Assembly (NCBI GenBank): GCA_030264375.1
Contig: JASCQW010000098.1
Span: 75,506,684-75,570,683, forward strand
Source of the DNA: Carcharhinus longimanus
Taxonomy: Eukaryota
Direction of reading: 5' to 3'
DNA length: 64,000 nt
Part shown: positions 1 through 11,058 of the stretch, piece after piece
Position numbering within the stretch: position 1 is the stretch's first letter
Layout: every line of letters begins with the position of its first letter
Program-made: the position numbers and the translations under genes
The notes under the pieces: model-generated
The model's input: only the letters and a program-made list of their open reading frames with translations
Told to the model about the DNA's origin: nothing
Database searches by the model: none

Positions 1-290
1 CCATTCTTTTGGAGTACTGCGTCCAGTTCTGGTCACCTTACTACTGGAAGGATGTGGAGACCCTGGAGAGGGTGCAGAGGAGGTTTACCAGGATGTTGCC
101 TGGCATGGAAGGACTGAGTTACGAGGAAAGNNNNNNNNNNNNNNNNNNNNNNNNNNNNNNNNNNNNNNNNNNNNNNNNNNNNNNNNNNNNNNNNNNNNNN
201 NNNNNNNNNNNNNNNNNNNNNNNNNNNNNNGGCGGCGCGGGCTCGTTGGGCCGAAGGGCCTGTTTCCCGTGCTGGGTTGTTCTTTGTTCC
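1..290 (+). mobile_element. CR1-type LINE 3' fragment
   Basis: LEYCVQFWSPYYWKDVETLERVQRRFTRMLPG plus CR1 3' stem-loop (gggctcgttgggccgaagggcctg); spans a gap. Confidence 0.9.
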
Positions 291-739
291 TCTTCTTTGT
301 TCTTCTTCTTTGTTCAAATAAGGAGACATGGAACCAGCAATGGGTTCATTAATATATCGGGCACTATGGGATGGCTATTGTACAAAACCTGAGAGCCAGA
401 AATGAGGAGATGTGGGTGGTAGTCAGTATAGTTGGGTTGGGGGTTCATATCCTACAATAGCAGGATATTGCTAGACAAGCATCAAGAACAGTGAAAGTGA
501 ACAAAAGGACTTAAAATGAGATCAAAAGCAGGTGGAAAGATTGGACATTTGAGGCAACTAGTGATAGCAAGTAAAGTTAGTAACAGTGTGGAATGTAGTG
601 CAACCCAGAGCTGCATGACAAATTATTTAAGATCCTGGCATCAAAAGTATTCGTACCTTTACAAAATCGCCCCACTCTCCCCATCCTGAGCTCTTAAGAC
701 ACCAACACATAGTAAAAAACATGAAGGGATCAACCAGTG

Positions 740-1371
740 GAGTGTTTGCAAATTACCTTAGCAATATACAGTGCTCAAATGAAACAGTCGCCTGAAGAGG
801 CCCCATCTGAAAACAATGCCTGAGCGCAGACGCTGGCTGCAATTTTATTGGCTCGCCCCACCCATCGATGGATCACCCAGGTGGGGGGGAGGGGTGCATA
901 TGGGGCAGGGCCTACAGGGCCAGGCCAGGCCCCCCAAATTGGTGGGGAGAGGGGGTGGTGGCCGCGCACTCTACAACTGCGATCAATGGGGGGGACTGTG
1001 GGGGTGGTGTGTTTGGTCTGGGTAGTGCAGGTGATATTTTTGGCGATATGGGGCACGCAATTCATCGTGGGCCCCCATGTGAATGGGGGGGGTGGGGTAA
1101 TGAGTGGAGGTTGGCTGCAACAGCAAGGGCTTACCAGCTCCGTCTCTGTGTCAACCCTCTGCTGTTGCAGTTGCACATGTGCAACCACAGAGGTCTACAT
1201 GTGCGCAATAGCTCCTGCTGCTGGAGCAAGGTAGCTGGCGCATTGAGCCCTGCCAACTCCCCATAGTTGCTAGAAACAGTCTAGCCCATTTTTTCATGCA
1301 CTAAATGCATAAGACTCAAAAAATGGATTTGCAAGTCTCCAATTATCACGCTAGCTGGACAATTCCACCCC
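740..1371. mobile_element. GC-rich non-autonomous DNA transposon (Harbinger-like, family A)
   Basis: Shares blocks with 4972-5508 (ctctacaactgcgatc, ctctgctgttg-agttg--catgtgca-ccacagag, agaaacagtct); ends in a TIR-like aattccaccc. Confidence 0.55.
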
Positions 1372-1575
1372 TTGTGTTTAATCCATCCCTGGTAATACTT
1401 AGTTTTTGGAAAAGTGAGTAAATTGGTTGCTAAATACGGTGTGGAAGGAACTGCAGGCATTAGACTTTATGACGATGAAATTTTGAAACTGGAAATAAAT
1501 GTGTAACGGGAAATGATTCAGATTCAAAATGATCAAAATACTGAAGAGTTATGCACAAATATTTTCTTTGAAAAT

Positions 1576-2146
1576 AGACATATAGAGTCATTAAAGTTTA
1601 TGGTATGGAAACAGACCCTTCAGCCCAACTTGTCCATGCTGTACAGTTTTTACCATTAAGCTAGTCCCAAATGCCTGCATTTGGCCTATGTCCCTCTGTA
1701 CCCATCTTATCCATGTAATTGTCTAAATGTTTTATTAAAAAAAATAAAATTGTATCCGCTTGCGCTACTGCCTCTGGCAGCTCGTTGCAGACACTCAGCA
1801 CCATCTGAGTGAAAAAACTTCCTCTGGACTCTTTTGTATCTCTCCCCTCTCACCTTAAACCTATTGACTCTAGTTTCAGACTATCCTACCTTTGGGAAAA
1901 TATGTTGATTATCTATGCCCCTCATTAATTTATAGACCCCCCCACCCCTCCACCACCCCCGAAGCCTTCTACACTCCAGGGAAAAAAGTCCCAGTCTGTC
2001 CAACCTCTCCTTATTACTGAAACCAACAAGTCCCATTAGCATCCGAGTAAATGCTTTCTGCACTGTTTCTATTTTAATAATATCCTTTCTATAATAGGGT
2101 GACCAGAACGGTACACAGTATTCCAAGTGTCTTACTAATGTCTATA
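1576..2146 (-). mobile_element. CR1-type LINE 3' fragment
   Basis: ORF LEYCVPFWSPYYRKDIIKIETVQKAFTRML...LDRLGLFSLECRRLRG and CR1 3' tail. Confidence 0.9.
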
Positions 2147-2402
2147 ATCACAAAGCATGCAAATTTAATTCTGAAAAAGGAATGTCCTCGAAGGAAACAG
2201 TCATTTCCAGTTGCAAAATAAAATTTTAGCGTGATGACCAGAGTTTTCCTTACCAAATACGCTTATTGCTGGTGGGAAAACTTTAAGAAATAATGAACAG
2301 TTATCGGCAAGCAGAAGAAAGTGGAGAAGTTGTTGTTAAGGAATGTGACATGCCCAAATTTGAAGCATAAAATCTTAATTTATTCTTAAATTTTAAACCT
2401 AG

Positions 2403-2532
2403 GTATTTGCTGACTGACCAAAACCGGCTACGCAGTGTAAATGATATTATGCCGATGATTGGTGCACGTTTTTATACGCAATTAGATGCTGCACAGATGA
2501 GAAATGATGTGATAGAAGATGATTTGATGAAG
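2403..2532 (+). CDS. PAN3: PAN3 (PAN2-PAN3 deadenylase subunit) internal exon, 4th from last
   Basis: cctag|G TAT TTG...ATG AAG|gtaaaa; translates YLLTDQNRLRSVNDIMPMIGARFYTQLDAAQMRNDVIEDDLMK, matching the vertebrate PAN3 C-terminal region; 130 nt, phase 2 to 0. Confidence 0.97.
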
Positions 2533-2964
2533 GTAAAAAATTGAACTAATTTACATGCACACAGATTAAGGTGCTGGTACCAGACTGAAATATTGATTTT
2601 TTTTTTGAAAATGTACAATGTAACTACTCTTGCATGAAGTTATTTATTGCTGATCGCAAGTAATGCCACCAAAACATTTTTGTTTCTTACCTTCTATATA
2701 CCATAAGCAAATCAGTGCAATCAGAAAATTATATAAAGTTTTGGCCCAAATTATCTTGTCTCCAGACTATCAGAGATGGGACACATCATTGGCAGATGCA
2801 TGTCAGGATCCCATAGAAATCCTATGTGCACACGTATTGCAACTGCCCTGGAAATTTAAACATCTAATGGATTGATCTGCGCTGCCCAATACCTTCTGCA
2901 AAAATCTCCAAACTTAAGTTTTGGTTAGGTACTTGGGTTGGAATGTCCACGACACTAATAACTA

Positions 2965-3190
2965 GAATGGGTGTTTTGTTTTGCAAGGACAGGTTGGACA
3001 TGCTAGAGTCGTATCTGCTGGAGTTCAGAAAAATAAAAGGCTTGATTGAAACATATAAGATCTTGATGAGTCTTGACAGGTTAAATGTGGTAAATGTGTC
3101 TCCTCTTTGGGAGAATCTAGAACCAGGGGTCATTTAAAGATAAGCGACTGCCCATTTTAAGACTGGGATAAAGAGAATATTTTTCAGAGG
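2965..3190 (+). mobile_element. CR1-type LINE fragment
   Basis: DRLDML..LLEFRKIKGLIETYKILMSLDR motif of the CR1 ORF2 C-terminus. Confidence 0.75.
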
Positions 3191-3199
3191 CAACTTGTT

Positions 3200-3470
3200 G
3201 ACTGGGTGCAGGGGCTTTAATCGCAAAAGTGATTGAACTGGCTAGCAAATAAGAGGCTGACAGTTCAGGGCCTCTGTGCATGCGCAGAGGCCTGTTGGTT
3301 TCAGCTTCTCAGGCAGGAATAGGCCCACACCCTCAAATCTAATGATATTCACGCTGGTGGCCCACAGTGTGTGGGAGATTCTAGCGTGAACTCCTCTTGA
3401 AAAAACCAGCATGAATCACTCCAGTTTTCCTGCAAATTCAACACTTAGAAATCTTGTGAGAATTCTGCCC
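3200..3470. mobile_element. Non-autonomous DNA transposon end (family B)
   Basis: Homologous to 57820-58110 (gtgggagatt...acacttagaa...gagaattctgccc TIR). Confidence 0.55.
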
Positions 3471-4132
3471 GTTTTTCCTGGATTCCATAGTAAATTTATT
3501 AGTGATGCATCTTATATTTATGGCCTGGCATGGGACCATCTTCTCTACATTTAGCCTACAAAATCTTTCCATAATTTAAAAGACTGCCAAGGTATGTCAG
3601 GAGCAGCAGCAGGTTGAGGTGTCAACCAGGTGAAACTACAAAGCAGGAATACTTGCTGTGGAAGCATGGCCAGCCCCATGACCCCACCATGCTGCCCCTC
3701 CAACCCCCTCAAGGCCTGATTGCGGCCTCCCTGACCATTCCCGGGCCATCCTCGATGCCTGATTCTTGATGTCTGTCCTCGTTCCACACTGCCCCAATCT
3801 CCAGCACCACCACCCACCCACCCCATGCCAGTCCTTTTCTTTGCACTAGGTTATGACTCAGCCAGTGGAGAGTTTTGCCCTGTTTCCTTTAATTCAGTTT
3901 TACTCAAGCTCCTTAATGCTACGCTCTTGCTGTCAAGAGTGGCTGTTCCCGCCTCTCTGCTGGAATTTAGCTCTTTTAACCACATTTGAATAAATATAAT
4001 GAAATATGGATCCAAACGGTGGAACTGAAACAGAGCATGAATTGCATCTTAACAGCATCTTGAACAGGCGTATGGTTTTGCTGTACATTGATTCTGTTCT
4101 GTTTTAATTTGTTTGTGTTTTCTGTCTTACAG

Positions 4133-4197
4133 GAGGTGCAAAATGGAAGGCTGTTTAGGCTACTAGCAAAACTGGGAACCATCAATGAGAGGCCAGA
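4133..4197 (+). CDS. PAN3: PAN3 internal exon, 3rd from last
   Basis: polypyrimidine tract+cag|GAG GTG...CCA GA|gtaagc; EVQNGRLFRLLAKLGTINERP(E); 65 nt, phases fit both neighbours. Confidence 0.97.
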
Positions 4198-4971
4198 GTA
4201 AGCTTTATTTACAGAAACTTACATTAGAAAATGAAGCTACAGGCTTATTCTTCCAATCTCTCCAAAACTACTTCCTTTCTTTTTTCTTTCTAAATGTACA
4301 TTACATTTGTCTAGGCCAGCGACTCATCTGTAAGATTAGTTAATTAAGTGAATGATTCAGTTAGATCGCCTGGGATAAGCTGAATAATTAGAACAGATGG
4401 AATTAAGTGAAAGACACTTTTTTTAAATATTCACAAAATTTAGTTTAGAACTTGTTTTTCATAATGAAACATGTTGAAGTCACATTAGTTTGACTGTCAG
4501 GTGCCTCTGATATATAAACGCACAACCATCTAATTTGTAGTTCAACATTGAGATATTTGAGTTACTCGAACTACAGGAATAATTTTGTTTAAGAAAAGTA
4601 ATTTTGAGGTGCTTGGAACAAAATTCCTTATTTAATTTTTTTTACCATGTGTAACTCAGTAGAGGCAAGTGCCTGTTACCAGGATGTTTGTTGGTCATTG
4701 TTCATTTTAATACTGAATATTAGAAAATAATCATGTTTGCTCCATCATCAGTACTACCTACTTCTACCTCCATAACATCACTTGACTGCTCATGCCTCAG
4801 CTCGTCTGCTGTTGAGGGCCTCATCCATGTCTTACCTCGAGGTCAGTCTCTCACCTTCCACAAAATTCAACTCATCTAAAACTTCGCTGCTGTATTTCAA
4901 CTTGGTCCAAGTTCTGCTTACCAGTCACATCTGTGCTTGGTGTTTTACCTTGGCATTGCCAGCCTCGCACC

Positions 4972-5234
4972 TTGGCAGTGCTCATCAGGCAGGGCCTAGA
5001 ACGGCTGAGCTGGGAGGGGCGGGGCCTGGAGGGGCAGCCCAATTGGTGAGTGAGGGGGCTCGCTGCCACTCTGTAACTGCGACCGGTGGGGAGGTGGGTA
5101 CGGTTGGTCTGGGCAGGGGCGATATTTTTGGGCGGTGTGGGGCTTGCGATCAGTCGTGATCCCCCAGGATTGTAGGTGGATGGTGGGGAGGGGCCTTGGT
5201 TCAGGCTGTCTGCAGCAGCAGAGGCCTGACGGCG

Positions 5235-5270
<36 letters not shown>

Positions 5271-5508
5271 CAGGCCTCTGCTGTTGGAGTTGTGCATGTG
5301 CAGCCACAGAGATTGCACTTGCACAATAGTTTCATCTGCTGCTGATTGGTGAATTAAGCCACGCCCACTGCCTGTAGTAGGTAGAAACAGTCTCGTCCCT
5401 TTTTTCATGTGCTATATACACAAGATTGGCAGTAAGGGCGAGTCCAGAAAATGGATCTGCAACTCTCCCATTTTCACACTAGCTGTGTTGAAGTGGAAAT
5501 TTTCCTGC
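4972..5508. mobile_element. GC-rich non-autonomous DNA transposon (family A) with internal (TC)n
   Basis: Homologous to 740-1371; TC microsatellite near 5236-5266. Confidence 0.55.
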
Positions 5509-5516
5509 TTCTTGAC

Positions 5517-6009
5517 TGTGGTAGAAAGACTCAACAAAAGTAATTCTGACAAAACAACTAGTCTTTATTTACAAAACACTGCATGCATTATTGGCAAAAA
5601 CTTGAGTTCTGAGAGCCGTCGTTACGACTTGCTAATTCTTCCTCAAGTCTGCCCTTACATAAAGAATCAATTCAGTATTTATTACATTATCATTATCAGT
5701 TTGCATGACCAGAGCTATTCAGGAATTTGATCAAATAGTGGCATCATAAGTAATGTCATAAATGATGGTACAACCTGCTGACCTCCTAAAACTCTTTGCC
5801 TCATCAGTCATATCTTTATCTTGTCCTTTGATAGAACGGAAGAAGGTCGGTGACTCCTTCATCTCTGACCTTGTCATACTCATACAGCCCTAGGTTATGC
5901 AAAGTCAGTCTTATCAGGTCTTGACCTTCTCCGGTCTTATTCATGTCTTACATTATGCAAAGTCAGTTTTCCTTATTTTGTATCAAATACTTGACCAATT
6001 TTCCCATCA
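5517..6009 (-). mobile_element. Probable solo LTR (ERV/Gypsy type)
   Basis: TG...CA termini, minus-strand AATAAA near the 3' end, internal direct repeat ttatgcaaagtcagt x2, imperfect 4-bp flanks tgac/tgcc; 493 bp. Confidence 0.45.
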
Positions 6010-6059
6010 TGCCTCTACTTCATTTGTGCAACTTCACATTTCAGCATTCTGATGCTGGG

Positions 6060-6760
6060 ACCAGTTGGAAGTGGGGAGGGTTCTGAGTCTTGACTTATTG
6101 GCGGCATGTCCGACAGTGCAATCTTCCTGAAAACAGATTTCAATTAATTGCTTCATGTAAGCCATCCTACTAAACACAAGCTGTGTTGCTGCTGGCCCAG
6201 TCAGAAAGCTGGTAGATCTGAAGCCTTGGCTCCCCCTTCAGGAGAGGTGGGTGCTGCTGAGGCAAGTAGGGAAATGACACTTCAGCATGGAGGCAGGCTT
6301 GGCGGCATGAATTTAAAGTTAAAGTTATTCAGGATGAAGATGTAAGGGTCCTTCAAATTGGAGGAAAATGTCCTCCACTCAGATGATTTGGGCCATGGAT
6401 GTGCCCTCACTGAACAGCAATCCCTTCTTTCTTTGCCTGGTGAGCCTTCAGATCTTATGGCTTCATCCCTTTCGTGACTACAGGGAGGTCACCTCCATTG
6501 AGATAGCAGCTGCTATACCTGGCAGAGTGCCACTTTGCAGGTAGCAGAATGCTGGTGCGGCCTCAAAACTCAGACCTAATTGAGTCAATTGTCTTAATTG
6601 GCTGCTGGCCTCAGTCAATTGTGCAGCTAATATGGGTCCCCAACTGCCCTTGAGAAGCGTTCCCTGGTGGCAGGAATACAGCACCAACAAAACTCCCTCC
6701 TGTTTTTCCAGCTGTCCCATTTCCAAGCCAGCAAAGGGATAATTCAACACTTGGGTTGCG
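6060..6760. mobile_element. Old non-autonomous DNA transposon-like repeat
   Basis: GC-richer block ending in TIR-like ataattcaac; resembles shark Harbinger-type repeats recalled from memory. Confidence 0.35.
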
Positions 6761-7460
6761 TTTTTTCAATTTTTATTTGTGAATAAACATTGTATTTCCC
6801 CTCTTTCTATAAAGCAGTGTGATGACATGAGGTTTTGGACGTGGTTTAATGATGCAGAACATGTTTGTATCCTTTGAACACACTGAAGTGCTCGAGCTAT
6901 TTGAAGTGCTGTTTATGGAACTGTTTTCTTGCGCAACAAGAATGGAAAATAATTATTTAACAAGCCCATTCATTTAATTCTTCACTGTCAGCTGCTGAAT
7001 AATTTCCAATTTCAGTGCAACATTTTAACTTTTGTCAAGTTCTCATTAAGGGTTGCGTGTGAAACCTTTTAGATACTGTCAGTGGCAAGATTTATTGTGA
7101 CATGATCAAGGAGGCAAAGCTTTGAGCGAAAGTTAAACTTTCCTACCCACTATTTGATTGTCATGACAACGTGTGCATCTACTAACAATGTAGAACACTG
7201 TTGCTTCTTATGCTTTTGTTAGAATCTTTGCTGGAATAAATCTTGGTTTCTCATCTGGTTGAGAAGTATAGAAAGGGCAAAAATCTCCAGTCTCATACAC
7301 CCTGTTACCAGTGAGACTGGAGAATTTGGCAGTCAGCCGAATCTCTGTTCACAGCAGCAGGACCAAAGGATCCCAGCCACGTGCCAGGTGAGTGAATTCC
7401 AGCCTAGAGTTACTGATAAGTGTAAACTGGTCCAACAGATGTTGTGGTAATGCATTAAAA

Positions 7461-7730
7461 AAAGTTTATTTATTAATTACACGTAGGCAATGGAGTTACT
7501 GCGGAAACCCCCCGGTTGCCACATTCCGGCACCTGTTCGGGGGTGCTGAGGGAGAATTTAGTGTTGCCTATGCACCTAAACAGCTCATCTTTTGGACTGT
7601 GGGAGGAAACCAATGCAGACATGGGGAGAATGTACAGATTCCACACAGACAGCGATCCAAGCCTGGAATTGAACCTGGGTCCCTGGAGCTGTGAGGCAGC
7701 AGTGCTAACCAGTGTGCCACCGTGCCACCC
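7461..7730 (-). mobile_element. HE1/V-SINE (tRNA-derived)
   Basis: Minus strand ggcacggtggcacactggttagcactgctgcctcacagc...ggttcaattcc A/B boxes plus V core tctgtgtgga...ttctccccatgtctg. Confidence 0.9.
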
Positions 7731-8361
7731 TACTGAGGTCACTGAGAGTTTGATTCACATCCTCAGTTCAAGTTGACCTGTTGGCTTGCTGCTTCCATTA
7801 GAGCTCTATGCTCTTCAATTGAGTTCACCTTTTTGAACTTGTTTGTTCTTGGATGTCCTGCTTGAGCTTTCTTGATTTCCTTTGCTCGTTTTCAACTTAC
7901 TTGTTTCCTTGATGGTGCTATTTGTGCAGACTTGTTCTGTTTCTGGCCCTTTTCGGTTGTATTTGTTCTTATGGGTTTGGTGTTAGCCCACTTTTCCTTT
8001 TTACTAGTATATGAGTTGCCAACTCACAAATTGTCCTGCTCCCATTCCTGCATTTACAGGTCATTAAAACTAATTTATTTTACCAATTTATACTAGTTGA
8101 GACTGTAGTTTGTGTAAACATGTTTTTCTACTCTTGCCTATTTATGTGCAGATGATTGTTTGTTGATTAGTCCTTCCGACCCATTGTATATTGGAATAAT
8201 AGTTAGCTTTGCAATTTTTCAGTATCTGTTGTGTACATGAAGCCATAGACAGTTAACACATGGTATAAATAAATCTTCAATCTTGAGTCATGCCCTTCAA
8301 TCATAAATAATGTGTAAAAATATCTTGCAATGTCTGTTGACAGTACAATCTTCCTCCTTTC

Positions 8362-8495
8362 AATTCTGACAAAGAGTCAAAAGGACTTGAAACGTTAACT
8401 CTGCTTTCTCCCCTTACAGATGCTGCCAAACCTGCTGAGGTTTTGCAGCATCCTCTGTTCTTGTTTCAGATTCCAGCATCTACAGCATTTTGCTT
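8362..8495 (+). mobile_element. PLE 3' end with degenerate minimal hammerhead (family 3)
   Basis: aatt-CTGACAA-a-GAGTC-aaaag-GACTT-GAAA-CGT-T-aact followed by cagatgctgcc...cctgctgag...tccagcatct. Confidence 0.7.
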
Positions 8496-8604
8496 ATTCA
8501 CATAGCTGTATGATTAGTTTTCAGAGCTAGTAACCAAGTAAAAATCAAAAGATATCACATGCTGGATTCACATAATCCAGGGAATCATTTATGGAAACAA
8601 CAAA

Positions 8605-8700
8605 AGTTATTTATTAGTCACGAGCTTACATTAACACTGCAATGAAGTTACTGTGAAATTCCCCTAGTTGCCACACTCCAGCGCCTGTTCGGGTCAATGC
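8605..8700 (-). mobile_element. HE1/V-SINE 3' part running into a gap
   Basis: Same tail as 7461-7730 and 62650-62965 (cattaacactgcaatgaagttactgtgaaattcccctag). Confidence 0.75.
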
Positions 8701-9434
8701 NNNNNNNNNNNNNNNNNNNNNNNNNNNNNNNNNNNNNNNNNNNNNNNNNNNNNNNNNNNNNNNNNNNNNNNNNNNNNNNNNNNNNNNNNNNNNNNNNNNN
8801 NNNNNNNNNNNNNNNNNNNNNNNNNNNNNNNNNNNNNNNNNNNNNNNNNNNNNNNNNNNNNNNNNNNNNNNNNNNNNNNNNNNNNNNNNGCCATGATCTT
8901 ATTGAATGACGGGGCAGGCTCGAAGGGCTAGATGGCCTACTCCTGCTCCTATTTCTTACGTTCTTATGACTCATGGGTATACTTGGTAGACTAAGGAGGG
9001 AGATGAGGAACAAATTTGTGTCTCTTCACTTTTGAACCTTCTTACTGTGTTTATCCCAGTCCAACGCCAGCATCTCCACATCATTTGTATACCTGCCTCA
9101 GCTGCCTGTGTTCATTTATCAGAATTCTTCCCTACACCACTTTAAGGTGCTCATTAAAACCAATTCCTTTGATTATGCTCCTAATTTCCTTGCAAATATC
9201 ATCTCCTTGGGCTTATATCATCTCCTTGGGCTTATATCTATGAAGTACTTTTTGACATTGTTCTACATTTAAACACACACAATAAATCCAGATTTTTATT
9301 CCTCATAAACCTTTTTGATCCATGTCATCTGATGGATTTAAATATTTTGCATGGGAAATCGCATCCATTTGCGTTTCACCATGATAAGCTGTCGCTTCAG
9401 GTTTTGGCAGTTGAATCATAACATTTTATTTTGT

Positions 9435-10083
9435 GTTGCTGATAAGAGATATGCTGTCAAAGCTTTTCATCTTGCACTCATCAGGATAAGAATGCCAAAT
9501 TTCAACAAGAGACATCATCTTATATTACATGAGAAAGGGGTGCTGATTGGCAAGTCAACCTTGATTATTTGAGCTGCTGCCCTGGAGAATCTGTTACATT
9601 CCTGAGACTTCAGCAGCAAACAGCATGTTCCTTTAGCTGTTCACAATAGGCAGAATACCGACCATAACTCAACCAGCCCATGCTGGCAAAATTTGGTTTA
9701 TAACGTCTAACGTTCTGTGATTGGACAGTGCTTGTTGCACGATCACAAGTGCACTAAGAATGATGCAAACAACCAATTAGTAGGGCTCGCAATGTGGTTC
9801 AGTTATGCTGGCTAGAAGCTACATATACTTCTACATAGACACCTGTCGTCTGCAAACAAAAGTAACTTGTCCAGGTATTGTGCCTTTTTTGAATTAAATG
9901 ACATGGGACAAAAGCTCCCTGGTACATTCTCCATGCAACAGCTTCTACTATCGGAATCGACTTTCAATCAGCACCTTGTTCTCACGTAGTATAAATGTTG
10001 CTCCTTTTGAAATTTGACATTCCTGCATGTGTCCTGATGAGTGCAAGACAAAGCTTTGACAGCATGTCTTTTTTCCAGCAATA
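9435..10083. mobile_element. PLE remnant with inverted hammerhead-bearing ends (family 2)
   Basis: 9435-9590 is the reverse complement of ~9925-10083; the interior encodes a degenerate endonuclease C-terminus (KQHVPLAVHNR...LEATY...CKQK). Confidence 0.75.
9455..9488 (-). ncRNA. Near-intact minimal hammerhead ribozyme motif (family 2)
   Basis: Minus strand tatc-CTGATGA-GT-gcaag-AT-GAAA-AGCT-TT-gaca. Confidence 0.55.
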
Positions 10084-10774
10084 ATCAACTTTTGTACTGC
10101 CTACTTTATTTTATGTTTTGAAAAAGTTACCCAACTTCAACAGCTTTATCTTAGTGTCTTGGAACCCTCCATGCATGACTTTTTCCAGTATTCCTCTGAA
10201 GGATGAGCACCAATTTCTCTGCATGGATGTCTTACCAGATCTGGTATTCTGCATGAATGTAACCAAAGGTTAATCCAAAACTAAACAGTAGCTCAAATTT
10301 TATTTGCTACATAATTTTAGATAGCTCCTGTTGCTAACCCAGTTTTGGTAGATGGAATAGTGTGTACACTTAGTGTCAGGGGTACCAACTAGGGTAAAAT
10401 GCATGAAGTTATGGGGACAGGACCTAGGTGGGACTGTGTTTGGTGCAGGTTCGATGGGCTGAATGGCCACCTTAAACCATATCCAATTTGATTGCTGCAT
10501 TTTTTCTGGAACTTGCTGTGTTTTAGAAAAACGTTTCATTGAATGTAAAGTACTTTGGGACATCTGGAAAGGTATTACAAGATAAATGCAAGTTTGTTTA
10601 GATTTAGTAATTGACATGCTACACATGAAATTTGTCCTTTCTGTCCCAGTGAACTGAAACGGTATTCTTTGGAGCTGCTGAACATTAAAGTTTGCTACTT
10701 TTGAGCAGTCGGGTCAAATAACTTGCTAAAAACAAGATTACCCAGTAAAATAACAAATTAACCACAAATGTAAA

Positions 10775-11058
10775 GAAAAAGATTCCATTTGTACAGTGTG
10801 CCTGAAGTTCTTCATAGCCAGTTAATTGTTACAGTACAGGCATACAGTAAAGTCCTACATGCAGTCATGAGAACATGACCAATTAATCTGTTTTGGTAGT
10901 GTTATGGGAGAAACATCAGGCAAACTATTGATTGTCTTGGAATAATTCTACATGATTTTTTTATTATCCATCTGAACAGGCAGCTGGATTATTTGCTTAA
11001 TGCTTCATCCATTTAATACAATTCTCCTGCAATACTGAAGGGTTAACAATGGTTATGT
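10775..11058 (-). mobile_element. Degenerate DeuSINE (SacSINE1/AmnSINE-like)
   Basis: Similar to the clearer copy at 34495-34860 (taatctg-ttt...gtgtt...atcca-ctga...tttaa). Confidence 0.45.

Noticed and set aside
775-1266. Overlapping Gly/Pro-rich ORFs (also 4782-5408, 21993-22580, 57575-57958)
   Set aside because: Stop-poor GC-rich interiors of non-autonomous DNA transposons
2399-2408. AG|GTATTT at a PAN3 exon start resembling a recursive splice site
   Set aside because: Explained by the coding sequence (..G TAT TTG); weak donor match
9196-9238. 19-bp tandem duplication atatcatctccttgggctt
   Set aside because: Ordinary slippage duplication inside a repeat tail
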